From sequence record SRR31156797_6344: a stretch of 64,000 nucleotides of DNA. One strand, given 5' to 3'. The notes below the pieces were generated by a model, which saw only the letters and a list, made by a program, of their open reading frames with translations, made no database searches and was not told the DNA's origin. Both the position numbers and the translations under genes were made by a program. Each line of letters opens with the position of its first letter. The stretch's first letter is position 1. This document shows, piece by piece, positions 56,926 to 64,000 of the stretch.

Positions 56926-58539
56926 ATGCGAAACAAAAAAACGCTTGCCGTACTAATAGCTAGTACCCTACTTGCAGCATCGCCAATCATGAGCACTGCT
57001 GAAGCAGCTACGCCGAAAGATCAGCTTATCATCGGTATGAGTATGAACAATATGCTGACGTTTGACCCTGCGGCACTAACAGGCAATGACGCGATGGATG
57101 TTGTATCAAATACTTATGAAGCCTTGATTGAGCTTGATGCAAAAGACAAATCAAAAATCCTGCCTGCACTGGCTGAAAGCTGGACCTACAGTGATGACGG
57201 TAAAAAGATCACTTTCAAACTACGTAAAGGCGTGAAGTTCCAGTCTGGTAATCCGTTCACTGCGAAAGACGTGGCTTGGTCGTGGGTTCGTACTGTCAAA
57301 TTAAACATGTCTCAGGCATCTTACTGGAAGACTTACGGTTTCAATAAAGACAACATTGATTCTCTGGTTAAAGTGATTGATGACTACACCATTGAATTGA
57401 ACACGCCTGACCGTCTTGATCCTAAGTTGGTGATGTATTCATTGGCAAGTTCTGCTGGTGCCCTGATTATCGATAGCGAACTGGCGAAAGAACATATCGT
57501 GAATGATGACTATGCGCGTGACTGGTTAAATGCTCACAGTGCCGGTTCAGGTCCATACACGATTAAACAGTGGCGTATTAATGATGTGATTATCATGAAT
57601 CGAAACGAGGATTACTGGCGCGGTGAACCTAAGATGCGTCGTGTGATGATTCGTCACATGACAGAATCGCAAAGCTTACGTTTGATGGTTAAGCAGGGCG
57701 ACATCGATATTGCGAAAGGTCTTTCAGTTGCAGACGTTAATGCACTTAAAGGTGATGAAGATGTAAAAGTGGAAGAAGTGCAAAAAGGTAACGTTTATTA
57801 CCTCGCAATGAGCATGAAAGACCCACACTTTCAGGATAAAAATGTTCGTAGTGCAGTTCGTCACCTGATTGATTATAAAGGTATCAACGATACCATCATG
57901 CCGAGCTACGGCATTTACCACCAAAGACCAATTCAGTTGAGCTTACCTGCAACGTTACCCGAGCCAGGTTACAAACTGGACGTAGATATGGCAAAAGCAA
58001 TGTTAAGTGAAGCGGGTTACAAAGATGGTTTCAAAACAACCATTCGAGTACTAGCTGAGCCTCCATTCCTTCAAATCGCAACTGCGGTACAGGCCACATT
58101 GGCAGAAGCGGGCATCGAAGCTGAGTTGTTAACGGGTACGGGTAACCAGGTTTACGGCGCAATGCGTGAACGTAAATTTGAAATGATCGTTGGCCGTGGG
58201 GGCGGTGGCGCGGAGCCTCACCCACATGCGAACCTTCGTTCATTAGCGTACAACCCAGACAACCGTGATGAAGCGAGACTAACGAACTTCCAAGGTTGGA
58301 GAACATCATTCCAAAGCGACGAAATGAACAACATTATCGTTGAAGCCGCGGGTGAAATGGATGAACAAAAGCAAATCAAACTCTATCAACAAGCTCAAGA
58401 GCTATACGATGATCTGGTTGCTCCAATTCAGCCAATTTCACAAGTAGTTGAGTCAGTGGTGGTTCGTTCTGATCTTCGTGATTACGTCCCACATCCGTCT
58501 TATACGACTCACTTCCGTGATGTTTATAAAGCTCGTTAA
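56926..58539 (+). CDS. ABC transporter substrate-binding protein, family 5 (Dpp/Opp-like)
   Basis: Signal peptide, TFDPA, PALAESW, FKLRKGVKFQSGNPFTAKDV, GSGPY. Confidence 0.93.
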   Translation: MRNKKTLAVLIASTLLAASPIMSTAEAATPKDQLIIGMSMNNMLTFDPAALTGNDAMDVVSNTYEALIELDAKDKSKILPALAESWTYSDDGKKITFKLRKGVKFQSGNPFTAKDVAWSWVRTVKLNMSQASYWKTYGFNKDNIDSLVKVIDDYTIELNTPDRLDPKLVMYSLASSAGALIIDSELAKEHIVNDDYARDWLNAHSAGSGPYTIKQWRINDVIIMNRNEDYWRGEPKMRRVMIRHMTESQSLRLMVKQGDIDIAKGLSVADVNALKGDEDVKVEEVQKGNVYYLAMSMKDPHFQDKNVRSAVRHLIDYKGINDTIMPSYGIYHQRPIQLSLPATLPEPGYKLDVDMAKAMLSEAGYKDGFKTTIRVLAEPPFLQIATAVQATLAEAGIEAELLTGTGNQVYGAMRERKFEMIVGRGGGGAEPHPHANLRSLAYNPDNRDEARLTNFQGWRTSFQSDEMNNIIVEAAGEMDEQKQIKLYQQAQELYDDLVAPIQPISQVVESVVVRSDLRDYVPHPSYTTHFRDVYKAR

Positions 58540-58596
58540 TAACGATGAAACACTGGCTGTTTTATGCAGCCAGTGTGAAGCGTAAAGGATTTAATT

Positions 58597-59631
58597 ATGG
58601 TGAATGCAATACCCTTGCGGATGGATAATCTCGCAGCAGTTGGTAGAAAGTTGGTAACAATTGCTATTACATTGCTGGGATTACTCACACTGACCTTCTT
58701 AATTGGTCGTGTAATGCCTGTCGACCCTGTGTTGTCAATTGTTGGCCCTGATGCAGACCATGAAACGTATATGCAGGTGTACAAGCAACTTGGTTTGGAC
58801 CTGCCTATCTGGAAACAGTACATCATATATGTAAACGACCTACTGCATTTGGATCTTGGTCGTGCAGCAATGACAGGTCAGCCTGTGGCTGAAGAAATTG
58901 CGCGTGTATTACCTGCAACGGTAGAACTAGGTACGTTCGCTATTATCATTGGTACAGGCTGTGGTATTCCGCTAGGTGTTTACGCTGCGTCACAACGTGG
59001 TCGTATGGGTGACTACATCGTACGTGTGATGAGTTTGACTGGTTATTCTGTGCCTATCTTCTGGTTCGGTATGATGGGTTTACTTATCTTCTACGCATGG
59101 CTTGGCTGGGTAGGCGGTGCAGGTCGTGTGGATCTTTATTTTGATGGATTGGTAGAGCCGAAAACAGGTCTGCTATTGCTTGACTCAGCAATGGCTGGTG
59201 AGTGGGAAGTATTTCGCAGTGCACTTTCGCACCTAGTACTACCTGCATGTATTCTGGGCATGCACTCTATGGCTTATATCAGCCGTATGACGCGTAGCTT
59301 TATGTTGGCTCAGCTTTCTCAGGAATACATCATCACTGCTCGTGTTAAAGGCTTGTCTGCTCGCGCTGTTCTTTGGGGGCATGCATTCATGAACATACGT
59401 GTTCAGCTATTAACTATCGTCGCACTGGCGTACGGCACCATGCTTGAAGGTGCGGTTTTGATTGAAACTGTGTTCGCATGGCCCGGTTTCGGTCAATACC
59501 TCACTCACAGTTTGTTACGTGGTGACATGAACGCTGTCATGGGGTGTGTGTTAATCGTCGGTATGATATTTATCACGCTGAACCTAATCGCAGATGCTCT
59601 GTACAAAGTATTTGACCCGAGGACACGATAA
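58597..59631 (+). CDS. ABC permease (DppB-like)
   Basis: PATVEL, EYIITARVKGL, IETVFAWPGFG. Confidence 0.93.
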   Translation: MVNAIPLRMDNLAAVGRKLVTIAITLLGLLTLTFLIGRVMPVDPVLSIVGPDADHETYMQVYKQLGLDLPIWKQYIIYVNDLLHLDLGRAAMTGQPVAEEIARVLPATVELGTFAIIIGTGCGIPLGVYAASQRGRMGDYIVRVMSLTGYSVPIFWFGMMGLLIFYAWLGWVGGAGRVDLYFDGLVEPKTGLLLLDSAMAGEWEVFRSALSHLVLPACILGMHSMAYISRMTRSFMLAQLSQEYIITARVKGLSARAVLWGHAFMNIRVQLLTIVALAYGTMLEGAVLIETVFAWPGFGQYLTHSLLRGDMNAVMGCVLIVGMIFITLNLIADALYKVFDPRTR

Positions 59632-60536
59632 TGAGTGATACAACAATGGCTTCTACTCCAAAAACAGCAGCGGCTCCAAACTCTCGTTATCATGCGACAA
59701 TGGAGAATGCTAAGAGAACGGCGAGAAGAATACTCGCTAACCCTCTCACCATGGGCGGTATCATCGTTGTTTGCTGCCTGATTTTAATCGCGATTTTCGC
59801 ACCCTGGTTAAGCCACTACGAACCAACCGTTCAGGACTTAACCAACGCTATGAAAGCACCAAGTGGCGACCACTGGTTCGGTACGGATGAATATGGTCGT
59901 GATATCTACAGCCGTATTATCTGGGGTTCACGTGTCACTTTATACGTCGTATTTCTGGTAACGGTAATCATTGGTCCTGTGGGGCTGGCTGTAGGGGTAA
60001 TCTCTGGTTATTTTGGTGGCATCGTAGATACCATCTTCATGCGTATCACAGATATCTTCATCTCATTCCCTAGTTTGGTATTGGCGCTAGCGTTCGTGGC
60101 GGCTTTAGGTCCTGGCTTGGACCATGCCATTATCGCCATCGCGTTAACGGCGTGGCCACCGATTGCACGTCTTGCTCGTGCAGAAACCATGACGTTACGT
60201 AACGCAGACTACATCACAGCCGTTAAACTAACGGGTGCGTCTACCCCACGCATTATTATTCGTCACATCGTGCCTATGTGTTTGTCTTCGGTCATTATCC
60301 GTCTGACATTCAACATGGCGGGCATCATTTTGACCGCGGCAGGTCTGGGCTTCTTAGGCTTAGGTGCACAGCCACCAATTCCAGAGTGGGGCGCAATGAT
60401 CTCATCAGGTCGCCGCTACATGCTTGAATGCTGGTGGATGGTAGCCTTCCCTGGTATGGCAATCATGATGGTATCGCTGGCGTTTAATTTACTCGGTGAC
60501 GGTCTTCGCGACGCACTGGATCCACGAGGTGAATAA
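59631..60536 (+). CDS. ABC permease (DppC-like)
   Basis: HWFGTDEYGRDIYSR, LGFLGLGAQPPIPEWG, FNLLGDGLRD. Confidence 0.93.
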   Translation: MSDTTMASTPKTAAAPNSRYHATMENAKRTARRILANPLTMGGIIVVCCLILIAIFAPWLSHYEPTVQDLTNAMKAPSGDHWFGTDEYGRDIYSRIIWGSRVTLYVVFLVTVIIGPVGLAVGVISGYFGGIVDTIFMRITDIFISFPSLVLALAFVAALGPGLDHAIIAIALTAWPPIARLARAETMTLRNADYITAVKLTGASTPRIIIRHIVPMCLSSVIIRLTFNMAGIILTAAGLGFLGLGAQPPIPEWGAMISSGRRYMLECWWMVAFPGMAIMMVSLAFNLLGDGLRDALDPRGE

Positions 60537-61375
60537 TGAATAATCCATTAATTGAAGTAGAAAACTTGCGTATCCAGTTTAAAAATGACGGCAAAATTAC
60601 TGATGCAGTAAGAAACGTAAGCTTCTCATTAGGTAAAGAAAAGCTGGGTATTGTAGGTGAATCGGGTTCCGGTAAATCAACAGTAGGTCGCTCTTTATTG
60701 AAACTACACCCACGTAGTGCGAACGTCATGGCCGATACCATGCGTTTTAAAGAGCTGGACTTACAGCATGCGACAGAAGCACAAATGCAAAAGGTGCGTG
60801 GGAATCGTATCTCGATGATTCTGCAAGACCCTAAATACTCGTTAAACCCAGTAGTGACAGTAGGTAAGCAAATCACAGAAGCGTTTTTGGTGCACACCAA
60901 GGTATCTAAAACCGAAGCAAAAGAACGTACTCTGGCAATGCTGGATGCAGTAAAGATTCGCGATCCAAAACGTGTTTACGACTTATACCCGCATGAAATC
61001 TCAGGCGGTATGGGCCAGCGTATTATGATTGCGATGATGATGATTCCAGAACCGGAAATCATCATTGCCGATGAGCCAACTTCTGCACTGGACGTGTCAG
61101 TCCGTTTGCAAGTTTTAGCGGTACTGGATGATTTAGTACAGCAGCGTGGTTTGGGGCTTATCTTTATCAGCCACGACTTGAACCTTGTACGTAGTTTCTG
61201 TGACCGCGTATTGGTGATGTATGCAGGTCGAGTGGTAGAGAGTATTGCAGCGAAAGATCTCGATAAAGCACAACATCCATACACGCAAGGCTTGTTATCA
61301 TCATTGCCAAGTTTAGAAAACCGTCGTGACGAGTTGCCTGTACTTCAGCGCTCGCCAGCATGGCTAGAAGCATAA
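60536..61375 (+). CDS. ABC ATP-binding protein (DppD-like)
   Basis: GESGSGKS, YPHEISGGMGQR, ADEPTSALD. Confidence 0.93.
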   Translation: MNNPLIEVENLRIQFKNDGKITDAVRNVSFSLGKEKLGIVGESGSGKSTVGRSLLKLHPRSANVMADTMRFKELDLQHATEAQMQKVRGNRISMILQDPKYSLNPVVTVGKQITEAFLVHTKVSKTEAKERTLAMLDAVKIRDPKRVYDLYPHEISGGMGQRIMIAMMMIPEPEIIIADEPTSALDVSVRLQVLAVLDDLVQQRGLGLIFISHDLNLVRSFCDRVLVMYAGRVVESIAAKDLDKAQHPYTQGLLSSLPSLENRRDELPVLQRSPAWLEA

Positions 61376-61386
61376 GGAGCAAAGTT

Positions 61387-62172
61387 ATGTCGATGATAGA
61401 AATACATGATTTGAACCTGAGCTTTGGTGAACGCGAAGCTGAGACTCAGGTACTTAAGAATATTAATCTTGCGGTTGAAGAAAACGAATCGTTTGGTTTG
61501 GTTGGAGAATCTGGCTCAGGCAAAACTACCATTCTGAAGTGTCTGGCGGGTATCTTTAACCACTGGACCGGTCATTTGGAAATTGATGGCTTTACTCTGG
61601 AGAAGAAACTGCAGAAAGCACGTTGCCGTAACATCCAGATGGTGTTTCAGGATCCGTATGGTTCTTTGCATCCGCTGCACACGGTTGAATCAACGCTTAA
61701 AGAGCCGTTAACCATTCATGGCTTGGATCGAAAAGATGAGCGTATTGATGAAATCCTGGTGAAAGTTGGACTGGGCCCAGATTTCCGTTACCGTTATCCT
61801 CACCAGCTTTCTGGTGGTCAGCGTCAGCGCGTTGCGATTGCGCGAGCGTTGATTCTGGAGCCGAAAATTCTGCTGCTTGATGAGCCAACTTCAGCTCTAG
61901 ATGTTTCAGTACAGGCCGAAATACTCAATCTGTTAGCAAAATTGCGTGTCTCCGAGAACCTGACCTATTTATTGGTGAGTCACGATTTAGCGGTGGTTGC
62001 TCACCTATGTAGCAAAATTGCGGTGATGCAGCATGGTGAAATACTAGAAACGCTTGAAAGTGGTGATTTGGTGATGACACCAGAAAATCATCCATACACG
62101 CGAATGCTGGTCGATGCGAGCCATCAATATTCAAGAGATATGGCTAGCGCAGCTGCCATGGTGATTGATTAA
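61387..62172 (+). CDS. ABC ATP-binding protein (DppF-like); start ATG 61387 after AAGGAG
   Basis: GESGSGKT, YPHQLSGGQRQR, LDEPTSALD. Confidence 0.93.
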   Translation: MSMIEIHDLNLSFGEREAETQVLKNINLAVEENESFGLVGESGSGKTTILKCLAGIFNHWTGHLEIDGFTLEKKLQKARCRNIQMVFQDPYGSLHPLHTVESTLKEPLTIHGLDRKDERIDEILVKVGLGPDFRYRYPHQLSGGQRQRVAIARALILEPKILLLDEPTSALDVSVQAEILNLLAKLRVSENLTYLLVSHDLAVVAHLCSKIAVMQHGEILETLESGDLVMTPENHPYTRMLVDASHQYSRDMASAAAMVID

Positions 62173-62218
62173 CGAGTGATTAATTCAAAATTATAAAAGT
62201 GAAGGTGTACTTGCCGTT

Positions 62219-62246
62219 GCCCACAGTTGCCGCTGTGGGCTTTTTT
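62219..62246 (+). terminator. Intrinsic terminator of the ABC operon
   Basis: gcccacag-N6-ctgtgggc-tttttt. Confidence 0.85.
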
Positions 62247-62571
62247 CGTAAATAAGAACGATGACCTGAATTGTTAATGGAAGCGGCAACCTGGTGGATC
62301 CAAAAAACTCCAGTTAAACCATTTTGAAAAAGCCCACAAAATTATTTCTATGATTGAGTCTGGTAAGTGATTCTTACTATCAGACCTTCCAGCCCTAAAT
62401 AAAACACTTTACTATTAAATGTGTTGCTCATAACAAACAGGCTCAGTGAAACTATCATTGTCCGCTCAGTCTAGTATAAAGAGTATCCGTGACTGAGGTT
62501 GAGTTGGGTGCTTATCTTGACAGGTAACTCTTGGCGGTTTTGTTTTCCAATATCCTTCGACAGAGGTAGTT

Positions 62572-63081
62572 ATGACGTCAGTTCCTCAAAACAAGCAGCA
62601 ACTTGAATCAGCTATCACATCGACATTTTCTAAGTTGATGCAAGATTATCGTTCATTTCCAAACCATCTCGCTCGAGAAAAAGGTGTGGAAGGTAACGTA
62701 AAAGGAACGATCATCAGTGTTGCGGATACGGTGAGCTATCTGATTGGCTGGGGAAAGTTGGTGCTGAAATGGCACACTCTTAAATCGCAACAGCTCCCTG
62801 TCGATATTCCAGAGACGGGCTATAAGTGGAATCAACTTGGTGCACTGGCTGAGCATTTTCATCGAGAGTATCGAGACTGGACTTACCCAGATTTACTCAA
62901 TGAACTTGAACTCACTATCAACAAAGTACTCTCGTTGGTCGCAAGCTTAAGCAACCATGAGTTGTATGAAGTCGACTGGTATGAAAAGTGGACGTTGGGA
63001 CGTATGATCCAGTTTAATACTTCCTCTCCGATGAAGAATATCCGAACAAAAGTTAGACGTTTTAATAAGCTACTTACATAA
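62572..63081 (+). CDS. ClbS/DfsB family (DUF1706) protein
   Basis: KGTIISVAD.VSYLIGWGKLVL.W, PETGYKWNQLG.LA and WY.KWTLGRMIQFNTSSP match recalled ClbS motifs. Confidence 0.88.
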   Translation: MTSVPQNKQQLESAITSTFSKLMQDYRSFPNHLAREKGVEGNVKGTIISVADTVSYLIGWGKLVLKWHTLKSQQLPVDIPETGYKWNQLGALAEHFHREYRDWTYPDLLNELELTINKVLSLVASLSNHELYEVDWYEKWTLGRMIQFNTSSPMKNIRTKVRRFNKLLT

Positions 63082-63211
63082 TCGGATGTTAGACTTGTGT
63101 GACATTGTCACTTATTTGTTTGTGTTAAATAGGTGTGGTCACCACGATCGTTGGTCTGATAATTTTAATGGTAAGTTAATATCAAACGTTTACGCAAACG
63201 AGGTTGCAAAC

Positions 63212-63457
63212 ATGATGAGCTGCAGTAATTATGACTATATCGAGATAGTCTGCTTATTTAAGTATCCTGTTAAAATAGAATTAAAAACAGGTGAAATCGT
63301 GACAGGGCAGGCGGTCGATACGGTTAGAAATGACCAACGTGAAGAATGTATTAAGTTGAAACTGGAAATAGATGAGTTGTTAGTCATTTTAGACTCAATC
63401 GCGAGATTAACAGTGTTGGTAGAAAATCGCCATTTTCAAGAGGTTGTATTCGACTAA
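63212..63457 (+). CDS. rof: Rho-binding antiterminator Rof/YaeO family (start ATG 63212 after GAGG)
   Basis: SCSNYDYIEIVC, L.LKTGE.V.GQA.DT, EECI, LDSI. Confidence 0.82.
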   Translation: MMSCSNYDYIEIVCLFKYPVKIELKTGEIVTGQAVDTVRNDQREECIKLKLEIDELLVILDSIARLTVLVENRHFQEVVFD

Positions 63458-63553
63458 CTCGTCCAGACGTTTCTAACACCTTTTAGATTAATTGGTGATT
63501 TGTAAAAATGGTAACAGGATGATCGAAAGGAAGAGTGGGATTCTTAAATCACC

Positions 63554-63721
63554 AGTGCTCCAGTGGTTATTGCTGATATAGCTGATAAAACTAAGATGGA
63601 TAGAATATGGTGCGAATGGAAGGGAGATAACCCTGACCACAGGCCGTAATGGGGATGTCTAGGGGGAGCGTTAGAAGGTGACGCTCTTATTGAATTAACG
63701 GTGACGGCAATACGAGGCTAG
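63554..63721 (+). pseudogene. RidA/YjgF (YoaB-like) pseudogene fragment
   Basis: Manual translation SAPVVIADIADKTKMDRIWCEWKGDNPDHRP*WGCLGGALEGDALIELTVTAIRG* with in-frame TAA at 63647-63649 and no intact 5' half. Confidence 0.65.
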
Positions 63722-63724
63722 AAG

Positions 63725-64000
63725 ATGATTCCAGTAGATACCTCCTATGTTTCAGGCATCGCCCTGTCTGAAATTGATGGTGAAATGAAAATGCTATTAA
63801 TGAAGCGGGTTAAAGGTGAATACTGGTGCCATGTGGCGGGCTCGATAGAAGCGGGTGAAACGGGTTGGCAGGCCATCGTTCGAGAATTCAAGGAAGAGAC
63901 TCAGATTGATGTCCCGAACCTCTATAACACGCAAATTATCGACCAGTTTTTTGAAGCAAGCGTGAATGTGATTGAACTCATCCCGGTGTTTGTTGTGTTG
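63725..64000 (+). CDS. NUDIX hydrolase, runs off window
   Basis: MIPVDTSYVSGIAL..LLMKRVKGEYWCHVAGSIEAGETGWQAIVREFKEET contains the Nudix box; open to the window end. Confidence 0.88.
   Translation, partial: MIPVDTSYVSGIALSEIDGEMKMLLMKRVKGEYWCHVAGSIEAGETGWQAIVREFKEETQIDVPNLYNTQIIDQFFEASVNVIELIPVFVVL

Noticed and set aside
191-62862. Numerous 60-156 aa ORFs in the track that lie antisense to or out of frame within long genes (e.g. 191-424, 470-664, 11872-12261, 29964-30434, 51827-52252, 60484-60900)
   Set aside because: They overlap well-supported genes almost entirely and have no motifs; they are shadow ORFs.
1-64000. Mobile elements, CRISPR arrays, tRNA/rRNA, anti-phage systems
   Set aside because: No integrase, transposase, repeat-spacer array or structural RNA was recognised. 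The ThiF gene lacks the E2/JAB/CD-NTase partners expected for CBASS or Bil-type defence.

Overview
AT-rich gammaproteobacterial DNA, most likely Vibrionaceae (inferred from gene content and the nirB-nirD-nirC-cobA arrangement; not verifiable here). Positions 1-48,200 are one large PEP-CTERM/exosortase A (XrtA) protein-sorting and exopolysaccharide locus. Regulation and sorting genes: prsR (truncated by the window edge), prsK, one PEP-CTERM substrate with a sigma54 promoter/IHF site/enhancer set, prsT and xrtA. Export genes: Wza, Wzz/Wzc-like, BY-kinase, Wzb, an outer-membrane barrel and an ATPase. Glycan genes: about eight glycosyltransferases, two flippases, a GDP-heptose pathway and many decorating enzymes (two pyruvyltransferases, a sulfotransferase, two deacetylases, an amidotransferase, FemAB-like, GNAT, and an ATP-grasp/phosphatase fusion). 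Divergent from the PEP-CTERM gene is an N-acyl amino acid synthase plus stand-alone ThiF adenylase pair, the best candidate for undescribed chemistry. Positions 48,200-64,000 carry the nir operon, a FadR-regulated catabolic unit (atypical enolase-superfamily enzyme and a peptide-type ABC importer with a duplicated ~190-bp promoter architecture), a ClbS-like gene, rof, a RidA pseudogene and a partial NUDIX gene. All family assignments come from motif recognition by eye; no database search was run.
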